Assembly (NCBI GenBank): GCA_963666835.2
Contig: CAXXGO010000001.1
Location: 544,001 to 608,000 of the forward strand
Direction: 5' to 3'
Length of the DNA: 64,000 nucleotides
DNA from: Phycisphaerae bacterium
GTDB lineage: Bacteria; Planctomycetota; Phycisphaerae; UBA1845
Part shown: positions 45,754 to 56,492 of the stretch, piece after piece
Layout: every line of letters begins with the position of its first letter
How positions within the stretch are numbered: the first letter of the stretch is position 1
The notes under the pieces: model-generated
Database searches by the model: none
What the model saw: only the letters and a program-made list of their open reading frames with translations
Told to the model about the DNA's origin: nothing
Program-made: the position numbers and the translations under genes

Positions 45754-46740
45754 ATGGATCCTATCGTGTATGCAGTGATCTTCGCCGTTGTCGTTCCTTT
45801 AGTGGTCTTTTTCTCGGGCATCAGGCTTGTTCGTCCAACACACAAGGGACTCGTCGAGAGGCTCGGCAGGTACCGGCGCTTCGCGAATCCGGGTTTCAAC
45901 TGGATCATCCCTGTCATTGACAGAATGATCAAGGTCAACACGACGGAGCAGATGGTTGATGCCCAGCCGCAAGAGATCATCACCAACGACAATCTCAACG
46001 CCAGGGTGGATGCCCAAGTCTACTTCAAAGTGAAGGACGACGAGGAAAGCGTCAAGAGTTCCCAGTACCACGTCAACAACTACCAGAGTCAGATTGTCAG
46101 CCTGGCTCGGACGACACTCCGCAATATCATCGGCACGTTAACCCTGAAATCCGCCAACAGCGAACGAGACAACATCAACGGTGCGCTTCTGACTACGTTG
46201 AGCAAGGAAACCATGAGCTGGGGAATGGCGATTGTCAGGACCGAACTGAAGGAAATCGACCCTCCCAAGGATGTCCAGGAGACGATGAACAAGGTTGTCA
46301 AAGCGGAGAACGAGAAGGTAGCCGCCTTGGATTTCGCCAACGCGGTCGAGAGACAGGCGGATGGGGAAAAGAGGGCGGAGATCAAGAAGGCCGAAGGCAT
46401 CAGGCAGGCCAAGATTCTTGCGGCGGAGGGCGAGGCTCAGGCAATAAAGCTCGTGAATGAGGCGGCGAACACATACTTCATTGGAAACGCACAGCTTCTG
46501 AGGAAGCTGGAGGCCCTCGAGAGCTCATTGAGCCACAATGCCAAGATCGTCATTCCGTCAGGCTGTGAACTGGTCAATGTCATCGGAGAGATGGCCGGCG
46601 TTTTGCCGCTGGCGGGCGGAAACGGACGACGCCGAAGCGAAGACGGAAAACACGGGTCCGCGGAGTTGGCGCGGGCGGCCCAGCGGGTGGTCAAGCCTTC
46701 TGTTATGAGGGAGGAGGTCCGCTCGCAGCCTGCGCTGTAG
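45754..46740 (+). CDS. SPFH/band-7 protein
   Basis: VERLGRY, TTLRNIIG, AEGEAQAI. Confidence 0.92.
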   Translation: MDPIVYAVIFAVVVPLVVFFSGIRLVRPTHKGLVERLGRYRRFANPGFNWIIPVIDRMIKVNTTEQMVDAQPQEIITNDNLNARVDAQVYFKVKDDEESVKSSQYHVNNYQSQIVSLARTTLRNIIGTLTLKSANSERDNINGALLTTLSKETMSWGMAIVRTELKEIDPPKDVQETMNKVVKAENEKVAALDFANAVERQADGEKRAEIKKAEGIRQAKILAAEGEAQAIKLVNEAANTYFIGNAQLLRKLEALESSLSHNAKIVIPSGCELVNVIGEMAGVLPLAGGNGRRRSEDGKHGSAELARAAQRVVKPSVMREEVRSQPAL

Positions 46741-46766
46741 ATGCTGGTCGGCATTCATGCGGTCAG

Positions 46767-46925
46767 TAGAGGATGTACGGAGCCACCGGTGACGTTTGAT
46801 TCGGCTCCGATCACAGTTTGAGTCGGATGACTAGACGAATGGCAACCCGGCCGTGCCGGGGGGCTCGTTGAAGAGTAAGCCGGCGTGGTCAGACACCTTA
46901 TGGTGTCCCACCGCGCCGGCTTTTT
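46767..46925 (+). ncRNA. Conserved structured leader with terminator, copy 5 (ahead of DUF2294 type B)
   Basis: Core plus a terminator with compensatory substitutions (46877-46925). Confidence 0.8.
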
Positions 46926-46973
46926 CTCGCTTGCAGTGGTAGTGGACGGCCGTAGCGGCCAGGGAGGAACGCC

Positions 46974-47393
46974 ATGGACAAACCCAATTCAACAATGGCG
47001 CGCCAGATTGCCCAGGCGGCCAGTGTTTTCGAGCAGCAGAGGACGGGCAACACACCCAAGTCCGTGACCGTGGTGCTGAGCGACACCACGCTGGTGATCA
47101 CGCTGCACGGGGCCTTGTCGGAGGCCGAGAAGGCCCTGGCGAGAAGTCCCGAGGGTGCCGCTCAGATACAAGACTTTCACCGACAGCTGTTCGCCAACGC
47201 CTCCGAGTCGTTGCGACAGGAGATCAAGAGGATTACTGGCGTGGAGGTGCGTGAGGCTACCGCGGAAGTCGAGCCGGCTACCGGCACCGTGGTAGGCGTG
47301 TTCACAAGCGGCACGACGGTACAGGTATACCAGCTCGCGCATGGCGTACCCACGGACACCTGGAACGGGAGTGAACGAGGCGACCAATCATGA
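46974..47393 (+). CDS. DUF2294/MpsC-family protein (type B)
   Basis: GNTPKSVTV, GALSEAEKAL, ITGVEV. Confidence 0.82.
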   Translation: MDKPNSTMARQIAQAASVFEQQRTGNTPKSVTVVLSDTTLVITLHGALSEAEKALARSPEGAAQIQDFHRQLFANASESLRQEIKRITGVEVREATAEVEPATGTVVGVFTSGTTVQVYQLAHGVPTDTWNGSERGDQS

Positions 47394-47628
47394 GATCGGG
47401 GGTTCTACCACGTTCCTTTTGTCGAGGAAGAACCGTAAATCCGTGGTTGCCGGATGTTCCAACTGCGTCGGGCGCCTTCTGCGGATCATGGTGCTCGTGT
47501 TTTATGACGGGACCGCAAGTCCGGGCTTTGAAGCCGGTGACGGTTTCCCTGTCCATCGTTGGGAGGTGTGCGAACGGATTCGCGCCGGTGTCGGGCTGGA
47601 AGCAGGTTGACTGACAAGGAGAACACCG

Positions 47629-48072
47629 ATGGGTAAGACGAACGTCGAACGACGAAACCACGCGTGGTTTGCCCTGGCAGACGCAGAGCATTGTCGGCTC
47701 TTGTGCTGCCGCTTGACTGAACAAGGCACGCCACACGTTGACGAGTATGAAGCGATCGAGAACAAGTTTCCAGAACGTGAACACCTGCGGCCGCAGACCG
47801 GGGACGGCATGACCCATGATGTCGAGGAGAAGGAGCGACGTTTCACGGGGAAGATCGTGGAAAGGTTGCAGGAGAACGCCAAGAAGCACGAGATCGATTG
47901 CCTGGTCATCTTCGCGCCCGCTCGCATGCTCGGCGAACTCCGGAAGGCTTCCTCCCGACTGCTACCGGGACACCTTAAGGAACTCGAGGGCAATCTGATG
48001 CGGCTGCGCGTCGGTCAATTGGCGGAACATCCGATGATCCGCGAACTGGTGCAGGCCACGCATGAGGCATGA
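47629..48072 (+). CDS. Host-attachment (baeRF-like) protein
   Basis: WFALAD..RLL; LVIFAPARMLGELR. Confidence 0.7.
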   Translation: MGKTNVERRNHAWFALADAEHCRLLCCRLTEQGTPHVDEYEAIENKFPEREHLRPQTGDGMTHDVEEKERRFTGKIVERLQENAKKHEIDCLVIFAPARMLGELRKASSRLLPGHLKELEGNLMRLRVGQLAEHPMIRELVQATHEA

Positions 48073-48149
48073 TTAACCGGCATTTGGGGCCGTAGTCGGC
48101 TTTTCTTATGAATATTTGGATCTTATATCAAACAAAAGGAGCGACACAA

Positions 48150-49649
48150 ATGAAGTCCATCGGCTTTCTTGCGGCGATTCTGGCAGTCGCCTGTACAGGA
48201 CTGAGTCCAAGCACAGCTCGGGCATTACAGCCGCCGCCGCCGCGGCCTGAGGGCGAGGACGGCGTGCTGGTGCTCACGCGTGGGCCGGTGCATGAGGCAT
48301 TTGCCGAGACGGTCACTTTTGACCCCGAGCCGGGCATCGTTGTGACCATGGCCCCCCCGAATCCAATCGACGAAGTGCCGCCGGATCAGAGGCCGGAAGG
48401 CGCCGACGTCACCTGGATTCCCGGCTACACCGCCTGGGACGACGAGCGAAATGACTACCTTTGGGTCAGCGGCGTGTGGCGCGCCCCCCCGCCCGGTCGT
48501 CAATGGATGTCCGGGTATTGGGGGAGGACGCAACAAGGCTTTCAGTGGACTTCCGGGTACTGGGCCGATGCGGAGATGAATGAGGTTGAATATCTGCCCG
48601 AGCCGCCGGAGACCGTGGAAGTCGGGCCCGGCATGCCCGCCTTTTCGTCGGACCAGAGTTGGATCCCAGGCTCCTGGATTTGGCACCAGGGGCGCTACGC
48701 CTGGCGTCCGGGTTACTGGGTAACTGTGCAGTCGGATTGGGATTGGATTCCTGCCCATTACACGTGGACGCCCCGCGGCTACGTCTTTGTCGATGGCTAC
48801 TGGGATTACGACGTCGGACGGCGCGGCGTATTGTTCGCCCCGATTTATTTCGACGCAGGTGTCTACAGGCGCAGCGGTTACTATTACTCGCCTTCAACCG
48901 TGATCAGCCTGGACGTATTCTCCGACCATCTTTTCGTGCGTCCGCGATACAACCACTATTACTTCGGTGATTACTATGATGCCAGCTACCAAGGCGCGGG
49001 GTTCTACTCTCGGCTTGCGTTCCAGTCGAGCCGTCGCGGCTACGATCCGATTTACGTCCATCAGCGCTGGAGGCATCGGCAAGACCCCGCCTGGGAGGTC
49101 CGCCTCGACACGGATTTCCGCCACCGCCGCGAGCACATCGAGGCGCGACCGCCGCGCACTTTTCGCGCCCAGATAGCCCTAAACACCGGCGGAGGCACGA
49201 GGGAGGGCGGCCTCGTGATCGCCGCCACCTTCGATAACTTCGTGCGAAGCAAAGACAGTTCGGTGCGATTCCGCGCGGTGGACGGTGCGGAAAGACAGAC
49301 TTTCGTTCAGCGTGGGAGGGAAGTCCGGAAATTCCGCGAGGAACGGCAAAAGCTGGAAACCCATGCGGCGGATCGGTCGGCCAATGACCGTAACCGTCAA
49401 TTCGCACCGGCCAGAGCGATCATTCCCAGGTCCCCGATTATGGCGAGGCGCCCCAATGAATTCGCCAAGGACCGAAGGCCCCCGACGAGGCACAAGGCGC
49501 CGGAGCCGGATCCGAGAGTCGAGGCCAAGCCGAGAAAGGCCCGTGGCCCGGCCGAATCGTCGAAGGCGAGGTCGCAGGAAGAACGCGAGTCTCCTGCGAA
49601 GCAGCGAAAGGCGAAGACTGACAAACGCAAGGGCAAAGACAAACCTTAG
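48150..49649 (+). CDS. Secreted YXWGXW-repeat protein
   Basis: Signal peptide, RGPVHEAFA, repeated W-x-x-G-Y-W. Confidence 0.8.
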   Translation: MKSIGFLAAILAVACTGLSPSTARALQPPPPRPEGEDGVLVLTRGPVHEAFAETVTFDPEPGIVVTMAPPNPIDEVPPDQRPEGADVTWIPGYTAWDDERNDYLWVSGVWRAPPPGRQWMSGYWGRTQQGFQWTSGYWADAEMNEVEYLPEPPETVEVGPGMPAFSSDQSWIPGSWIWHQGRYAWRPGYWVTVQSDWDWIPAHYTWTPRGYVFVDGYWDYDVGRRGVLFAPIYFDAGVYRRSGYYYSPSTVISLDVFSDHLFVRPRYNHYYFGDYYDASYQGAGFYSRLAFQSSRRGYDPIYVHQRWRHRQDPAWEVRLDTDFRHRREHIEARPPRTFRAQIALNTGGGTREGGLVIAATFDNFVRSKDSSVRFRAVDGAERQTFVQRGREVRKFREERQKLETHAADRSANDRNRQFAPARAIIPRSPIMARRPNEFAKDRRPPTRHKAPEPDPRVEAKPRKARGPAESSKARSQEERESPAKQRKAKTDKRKGKDKP

Positions 49650-49691
49650 ACGGTTGAAGTGGACAACGTGTCACAAAAATGGGAGTGTGCG

Positions 49692-49958
49692 ATGAAGACA
49701 TTGATTAAGGTGCTGGTCGTGCTGGCGATCTGCGTAGCCGGGCTGGGGTTTTACAGAGGCTGGTTCTCCCTGTCGGGCAGCGGACGCGACGCCGATAGCA
49801 ATAAGGTCGAAGTCAGTTTGACGGTCGACCCCGACAAAATGAAGGAGGATGCCGAGAAGGTGGAGGAAAAGACTGCAGAGCTGACCGACGAGGCCGCGGC
49901 GCAAGCCAAAGAGCTCGGTGGTCAGGCAACAGGCAATGCGAACTCGGATGATAAATAG
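49692..49958 (+). CDS. Small membrane-anchored hypothetical protein
   Basis: N-terminal TM helix, GFYRGWF, charged tail. Confidence 0.7.
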   Translation: MKTLIKVLVVLAICVAGLGFYRGWFSLSGSGRDADSNKVEVSLTVDPDKMKEDAEKVEEKTAELTDEAAAQAKELGGQATGNANSDDK

Positions 49959-50203
49959 GGGACGCGAAGAGAAGTTAGCCCTGAAACGACACACGATGCT
50001 ACTCCCTGCGTTCGGCGCTTTTCTGAGAGGAAACTGAGATGCTTTCCACAGTTTTGATCGTTATCTTGATTTTCACGGTCTTGGGTGCGCTACCCAGGTG
50101 GTCTCACAGCAAAAACTGGGGTTATTACTCAAGCGGCGGACTTGGATTGGTTTTGGCCGTGGTGGTCATCCTGGTGCTCCTGGGACAGATCTGATCATTA
50201 ACG

Positions 50204-51751
50204 ATGGGCAAATCGCTAAAACTTACAGTGATCGGCGTGGTGTGCGCGGTCGTTGTCGTTGGGGGAGCGGCGTGGTTGTACGTTCATCTCGGCAAACGCG
50301 GGACGTCGCGCCTGGAGCAGTGGATCGGCCAACAGATTGTCGGCGTCGTGCAGGGGCATCTCAACTGCACTGCAGGGTTCGAGACGTTGGACTATCAAGC
50401 GCCTAAGACGGTTGAGGTCACAGGTTTGTCGCTCTCGCGCGACGGGAACGAAATTGTCGGCGCGTCGCGCATGCTGATCGAGCTCGGCGAAAGGCCGCGA
50501 TTATCCGAGCCGATTCAGATTCAACTGATCGAGGTGGACGATCCGCACATGATGTTCAAAGCCGCCCCTGGCGGCGGGTTCGTCGGATGGAACAATCTGG
50601 TTCGTTCGGAGGTTGTTGAGAATCCCGACAGTGTCGAAGCCGGCAAACGACTGAGCGACGTGCTCGTGCTGCGGCACGTCGAGGTCAAGAACGGGCGGTT
50701 GGTCTACGAGCCGACGGACGGCAACGCAGCGATGAAGATGACCGGGCTTGGCTTCACCATGGACACCGTTCCAGAGGCGGACGATCCCGGCTGGTATGCG
50801 CTGAACTGTGCGTTCGGGCGCGAAGGTCTGAGCGAGTTCAATGCGGAGGCGCGATTGAATCTTGACACGGCTGTTATCGAGATCAAGCGAATCAAAGGGG
50901 CGCTGACACTGGACAAGGAGAAGTATTCAATCATGCCGCCGCCGGTGCAGGAGCTGCTTCGCAAGCACGAGGTGCGCGGGTCACTGACGCTCAGCGTGTC
51001 GGGACGGGCGCCGCTGAAAGATCTCTTCGGCGCGGAATTGTCGGTGCGCGCCGTGTTGGACGACGCTTACGCCGCGGTCGGCGAATACCAGTTGCCGGTT
51101 GACCGCATCGAGGTGTCGGCGGAAACCGCTGACCGGAAATTGGACGCGACGCTTGCGGCGGAGCTGCTCGACGGTGACATCGACGGTCGGGCGGAGATCG
51201 AATTGGCTGGAGCCATGCCGGTCAACGCTTCCTGGCAAGTCAAATCCATCGAGATCCGCGAGATGCTACGCGAAGCGGTGCAGGAAGGAGTGCCGCAATA
51301 CGCGGGCAAGGTGTTCATCAGCGGCAGCGCAAAGGCGCGGTCGAAAGACATGCCCGCGTCACTGAGCGGGTCGGGCAACTTCAGCATCACACAGGGCAAT
51401 CTGACTTTCCTGCCCGGATTCACGGATCTTGTCCGTAAGGTCGCGCTGAACGCCTCGTTCGCCCAGCCGTCATTCGCCCATAAGGCCGGGGGGGACTACG
51501 TGATTCAGCCGCATGCGATACGGATCGAGCAGATGGAGATCGAGACGGATTGGATGGCCGCGCGCGTGCGCGGGGAAATCGGTTTTGACGGGCAGATTGA
51601 TCTAGACGTCAACGCCGGGCCTTTGGAAAAGCTACAGGCCGTGCTGGGACGCGTGGGCGAATTCTTCGGACAAATCACGGATACGCTGGTGACGTATCGA
51701 GTACACGGGCCGATGATGAAGCCGATGATAACGGTCAGACCGTTTGGGTAG
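50204..51751 (+). CDS. AsmA-like protein
   Basis: N-terminal anchor, beta-rich body, C-terminal YRVHGPMMKP. Confidence 0.6.
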   Translation: MGKSLKLTVIGVVCAVVVVGGAAWLYVHLGKRGTSRLEQWIGQQIVGVVQGHLNCTAGFETLDYQAPKTVEVTGLSLSRDGNEIVGASRMLIELGERPRLSEPIQIQLIEVDDPHMMFKAAPGGGFVGWNNLVRSEVVENPDSVEAGKRLSDVLVLRHVEVKNGRLVYEPTDGNAAMKMTGLGFTMDTVPEADDPGWYALNCAFGREGLSEFNAEARLNLDTAVIEIKRIKGALTLDKEKYSIMPPPVQELLRKHEVRGSLTLSVSGRAPLKDLFGAELSVRAVLDDAYAAVGEYQLPVDRIEVSAETADRKLDATLAAELLDGDIDGRAEIELAGAMPVNASWQVKSIEIREMLREAVQEGVPQYAGKVFISGSAKARSKDMPASLSGSGNFSITQGNLTFLPGFTDLVRKVALNASFAQPSFAHKAGGDYVIQPHAIRIEQMEIETDWMAARVRGEIGFDGQIDLDVNAGPLEKLQAVLGRVGEFFGQITDTLVTYRVHGPMMKPMITVRPFG

Positions 51752-51883
51752 CGGGGCTGGCTGGGGCGAGGGGCTCCTTCAGTCCATTCTGTTGAGGTGT
51801 GCGCGGCGGAGGCGGATGGGCGCGCGCGAGGATGCTCACGCCTGGACAGGTTTGTCTGCAATGCGGAAGGAAAGGATCGCAAA

Positions 51884-52057
51884 ATGCCAAAAGATACGAA
51901 GAAAATGGCGGCGGCTCGCAGCCGTTTGCGGATGGGTGGCAGGAAGGCAAAGGCGGCGGCGAAAGTGAAAGCGGTTCGCCGCGCGGCTCGCGAAGACGTG
52001 TCGGAACGCCAAATCAAACGACGAAAGGAGCGCCAGCACAGCAAAACCGAGCAATAG
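51884..52057 (+). CDS. Small basic hypothetical protein
   Basis: AAGGA RBS and a Lys/Arg-rich ORF. Confidence 0.4.
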   Translation: MPKDTKKMAAARSRLRMGGRKAKAAAKVKAVRRAAREDVSERQIKRRKERQHSKTEQ

Positions 52058-52207
52058 GACGCGTGCGGATGAGCATGGACCATCCGGGCGGTGTCCGGGA
52101 CCGGCACCTAGTTCTCGCACGAAGCGCCGAGAAAACCTTGAAGCCGCGCGAACATCTGCGGTTCACCTGATTTCGCGCACTCGGAGCGCAGTCTGGAGGC
52201 TTTCACA

Positions 52208-54112
52208 ATGCCTGACAAATGGCGTGATCTTTGCAGTACCAAGCTCGTGACCGCCGCCGAGGCGCTCAAGGCCATCCGGCCCGGCAACCGCGTGTTCGTC
52301 GGCTCGGCGTGCGGCGAGCCACAGGAACTCGTCCGGGCCATGACCGAATTCGGCGACCGCCTGGAAGACACCGAAGTCATCCATGTGCTCACCCTCGGCG
52401 TCGCGCCCTATGCGGAGCCGAAGTACGCTCCGAACTTCCGGCCTAACGCGTTCTTCGTCGGCAGCAGCGTGCGCGAAGCCGTCAACGAGGCGCGGGCCGA
52501 CTACACACCGGTTTTCCTCTCGCAGTTGCCGGGGCTATTCCGTTCCCAACGCATCGCGATCGACGTGGCCCTGGTTATGGTCAGTCCGCCGGACGACTAC
52601 GGCAACTGCAGCCTGGGCGTTTCGGTCGATATCACGAAGGCGGCGGTCGAGTCTGCGAAGCGGGTCGTCGCGCAAGTGAACCGGCACATGCCGCGCGCGC
52701 ACGGTGATTGCTTCCTCAATGTTCGGCAGATGCACTACCTGGTCGAGCACGACGAGCCGCTGCTCGAGTGGCCTGAGGTCGGCGAGCCGGATGAGGTCAC
52801 CCGGCAGATCGCGACCCATCTGGCCCGACTGGTGCCCGACCGGGCGACGCTGCAACTTGGCATCGGGCGGATTCCCGACGCGGTTCTATCCCTATTGACC
52901 GAGAAGCACGACCTGGGAATCCACACGGAGATGTTCTCTGACGGCGTGCTCAAGCTGGCCCGGCAGGGAGTCATCACCGGCAAGTACAAGACGCTCAATC
53001 CGGGCAAGATCGTCGGCAGCTTCGCGGCCGGCAGCCGCGAGTTGTTCGAATACATGAACGACAACCCGCAGATCGAGATGCACCCGTCGGAGTACACTAA
53101 CCATCCGGGCGTGATCAGCGGGCAGGAGAACATGGTCGCCATCAATGCGGCCCTGGAGGTGGACCTGACCGGGCAAGTGGTCGCCGACTCGCTCGGGCAA
53201 TTGCTGTACAGCGGCATCGGCGGGCACGCGGACTTCATTCGCGCCGCGGCGCTGGCCAAGAACGGCAAGCCGATCATCGCTATGCCCAGCACCGCCGACA
53301 CGCCGGCGGGGGTCAAGTCGCGCATCGTCGCGACGCTTCAGGAAGGTGCCGGCGTGATCACGACGCGCGGCGACACGCACTACATCGTCACCGAGTACGG
53401 AGTGGCGTTCCTCCACGGCAAGACGATGCGCGAGCGAGCCATGTCGCTCCTGAGCGTGGCGCACCCGGACTTCCGAGCGGAACTGCTGCACGCGGCCAAG
53501 CAGCGACGGATCGTGTACTCGAACCAGATCATGCCGCCCTCTCAAACCCCTTATCCCGCTCAATACGAGGAGACGCTCACCCTGGACAGCGGCGAGAAGA
53601 TCTTCGTCCGGCCGATACGTTCGGACGACGAACCGCGCATGCGCGAGATGTTCTATGACTTCAGCGAGAACACGAAGTACTTGCGTTATCACGCGGCGAC
53701 GAAGTCCATGCCGCACAACAAGCTGCAGGTCTTCTGCACGGTCGACTACGACAACGACATGGCGCTGATTGGCCTGCACGGCCCGCCGGGAGGCGAGGAG
53801 GTCGTGGGCGTCGCGCGCTATATGACCGACGCCGAGAAGCGGTCGGCCGAGGTAGCGTTTACGGTTAGCGACGCTTGGCAGCGCAAGGGGCTCGGAACGT
53901 ATTTCTTGGGACGCCTCGTCTACATCGCCCGCCTGCAGGGCATCCAGACCTTCCACGCCTACGTGCTGGTCCAGAACAGCGGGATGCTCAAGATCTTTCA
54001 TGGCTCCGGGCTCGTTGTAGAGACGACAACGGAGGATGGCGTTGTGTGCGTGACGATGAAGCTGCCGGAAGAAAGGCCGGGAGATCCGAACCGTGTCGGG
54101 CTCGACGGATGA
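52208..54112 (+). CDS. Acetyl-CoA hydrolase/transferase fused to a GNAT domain
   Basis: LQLGIG, HTEM, SGIGG, VTEYG; C-terminal WQRKGLG. Confidence 0.92.
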   Translation: MPDKWRDLCSTKLVTAAEALKAIRPGNRVFVGSACGEPQELVRAMTEFGDRLEDTEVIHVLTLGVAPYAEPKYAPNFRPNAFFVGSSVREAVNEARADYTPVFLSQLPGLFRSQRIAIDVALVMVSPPDDYGNCSLGVSVDITKAAVESAKRVVAQVNRHMPRAHGDCFLNVRQMHYLVEHDEPLLEWPEVGEPDEVTRQIATHLARLVPDRATLQLGIGRIPDAVLSLLTEKHDLGIHTEMFSDGVLKLARQGVITGKYKTLNPGKIVGSFAAGSRELFEYMNDNPQIEMHPSEYTNHPGVISGQENMVAINAALEVDLTGQVVADSLGQLLYSGIGGHADFIRAAALAKNGKPIIAMPSTADTPAGVKSRIVATLQEGAGVITTRGDTHYIVTEYGVAFLHGKTMRERAMSLLSVAHPDFRAELLHAAKQRRIVYSNQIMPPSQTPYPAQYEETLTLDSGEKIFVRPIRSDDEPRMREMFYDFSENTKYLRYHAATKSMPHNKLQVFCTVDYDNDMALIGLHGPPGGEEVVGVARYMTDAEKRSAEVAFTVSDAWQRKGLGTYFLGRLVYIARLQGIQTFHAYVLVQNSGMLKIFHGSGLVVETTTEDGVVCVTMKLPEERPGDPNRVGLDG

Positions 54113-54164
54113 AGGGTCAGAGGAATCGAAAGTGGCGTTCAGTTGGGCCTCCACGGACTATATC

Positions 54165-54295
54165 CGCCGCCGCCCTGTTCGTGGGGGTCGCGGTGTCCGT
54201 GGGAATCGGCTCGATGGCGCAAGTAGACCCAACGGGAGGGTACTTCCTGGTCCAGTTGAGGTACGTGAACATCGCACTGGTCGTGTTCAATCTCA
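54165..54295 (+). repeat. Orphan ~130-bp near-duplicate of M50 protease gene segment 36841-36971
   Basis: Shared GTCGCGGTGTCCGTGGGAATCGGCTCGATGG..GTACGTGAACATCGCACTGGTCGTGTTCAATCTC. Confidence 0.85.
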
Positions 54296-54722
54296 GTACG
54301 GCCGCTGGTACTGCCGTATTAGCCGCCCGCTGGAGCATCCTGGCAAGAGACGAGCAACACAAGCCTATGACGCGGCAATCAGCTATCCGCAGGGGATGCG
54401 GCATCACAAAGCTGCGAGGCTACTGTGGCTGCTGAGAGCTGGACTCTCGCGGAGACTGCGCGAAGAGATTGCCGCGGAGATCATCGCCATGTCGCAGGCA
54501 GTGTCGGGTCCGTGAAATGAGCCCTCGGGCGGACGACATGAGCATTGTGACAAGGACTACAACAAAGTGGGCAGAGGTCTCCGGCGAACGCGCGTTCTTC
54601 GTTGCGATCGTCTGCTGCGTCACTAGAATGACGAGGGAGGAGTTGTTGATGGAAATCTCGTGTTGGATATCGGCACACGTCTAAACCGGGACGTGCGCAC
54701 TAAGATGTAAGCGAGGCGCGCC

Positions 54723-56357
54723 ATGGAAATGTCGAACCTAGTGTGCGACTACGGATTGGAACAGATCGGTCTGACGAAGCTTGGAAACATTTACTGGAAC
54801 CGGTCGACACCAGCACTCTACGAAAGCACGATCCGTCAGGGCGAGGCGCAGATCTCGCACCTCGGACCTTTGCTCGTGCGCATGGGGCAGCATACCGGAC
54901 GGGCGGCACGGGACAAGTACGTTGTGGATGAGCCGAGCACTTCTGGCAACATCTGGTGGGGCAAGATCAACATCAGATACCAAGACGAGCGTTTTGCGGG
55001 ATTGCAGCGCCGCATGTGCGCCTACCTTCGCGGCAAGAAGGTGTTTGTCCAGGATTGCTACGCTGGCGCCGACGAGCGTTACAGGATCGCGGTTCGCGTC
55101 ATCACCGAGTTCGCCTGGCACAGTTTGTTCGCACGGAACATGTTCATCCAGCAGCCGCGCGAGCGGGAGGCGATCCGGTCCTTCAAGCCCGAGTTCACTA
55201 TCCTGCACTGTCCGGACTTCCACGCTGATCCCGACGACGACGGAACGCGCAGCGGTACCTTCGTCGCCCTGGACTTCGCACGGAAGCTGATTCTGATTGG
55301 CGGCACGGCCTACGCCGGCGAGATCAAGAAGTCGATCTTTACGGTCTTGAACTACCTACTGCCCGGTCGCGGCATACTCTCGATGCATTGCTCGGCAAAC
55401 GTCAGTAAGAGCGATCCGGATGACGTGGCCATTTTCTTTGGCCTTTCGGGAACGGGCAAGACGACTTTATCAACCGATCCCAATCGCCTTCTGATCGGCG
55501 ATGATGAGCACGGTTGGTCGGACGACGGGGTCTTCAATTTCGAGGGCGGTTGCTATGCCAAAGTGGTCAGGCTTTCCAAGGAATCGGAGCCGGAGATCTA
55601 CGAGTGTACACGGCGGTTTGGCACCATCCTGGAGAACGTGGCCATGGACCCCGCGACGCGTTACATCGATCTGGACGATGTGGCCATTACCGAGAACACG
55701 CGGGCGGCATACCCGCTCAAGCACTTGAGTGACATCGTGCCCTCGGGAAGGGCAGGCCACCCGCGCAACGTGGTGATGCTAACGGCCGACGCCTTCGGTG
55801 TGTTGCCGCCGATCGCCCGACTGACGCCGGAGCAGGCGATGTATCATTTCATCAGTGGTTACACGGCAAAACTGGCCGGTACCGAGGCAGGCGTGACAGA
55901 ACCCAGTGCCGTGTTCAGCGCTTGTTTCGGCGCCCCATTCTTGGCGAGACATCCTTCAGTTTACGCCGCGCTGCTCGCCGCGAAGCTGGTTAAGCACAAG
56001 GCCGATTGTTGGCTGGTCAACACGGGATGGACAGGCGGGCCTTACGGCGTCGGTTCGCGCATGAAGATCGAGGTCACGCGGGCCGTGCTAAACGCTGCGT
56101 TGGCCGGGACATTGGCCGACGCCGAGACGGAGGAGGATCCTCACTTCGGGTTCCAGGTCCCGCGTGAGGCGCCCGGCGTGCCGACTGACATACTCAATCC
56201 ACGCAAGACTTGGCGCGATCCGAGAGCATATGACGAGCAAGCGAAGAAACTCGCCGGTATGTTCAGGAAGAACTTCGAGCAGTCTGCTGGTGGTACGGCG
56301 GATGAGGTCGTTGCTGCGGGACCAAGAACCGACAGGGAGCGCACCGAGGTGCGCTAA
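54723..56357 (+). CDS. pckA: PEP carboxykinase (ATP)
   Basis: GLSGTGKTTLS, LIGDDEHGW, NFEGGCYAK. Confidence 0.97.
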   Translation: MEMSNLVCDYGLEQIGLTKLGNIYWNRSTPALYESTIRQGEAQISHLGPLLVRMGQHTGRAARDKYVVDEPSTSGNIWWGKINIRYQDERFAGLQRRMCAYLRGKKVFVQDCYAGADERYRIAVRVITEFAWHSLFARNMFIQQPREREAIRSFKPEFTILHCPDFHADPDDDGTRSGTFVALDFARKLILIGGTAYAGEIKKSIFTVLNYLLPGRGILSMHCSANVSKSDPDDVAIFFGLSGTGKTTLSTDPNRLLIGDDEHGWSDDGVFNFEGGCYAKVVRLSKESEPEIYECTRRFGTILENVAMDPATRYIDLDDVAITENTRAAYPLKHLSDIVPSGRAGHPRNVVMLTADAFGVLPPIARLTPEQAMYHFISGYTAKLAGTEAGVTEPSAVFSACFGAPFLARHPSVYAALLAAKLVKHKADCWLVNTGWTGGPYGVGSRMKIEVTRAVLNAALAGTLADAETEEDPHFGFQVPREAPGVPTDILNPRKTWRDPRAYDEQAKKLAGMFRKNFEQSAGGTADEVVAAGPRTDRERTEVR

Positions 56358-56492
56358 TAATGGAAAGTGTAGCGTTTGAGCGGCGAACGGTCACCCGTTC
56401 GACAGGCTGATTGGCTACCATGCTGCCGCTGGAAGTAGCGCCGGGTGATCGCCGGCAGAGCGTATGTTCAATTTGTGCTGTGGAGTTGCGCG

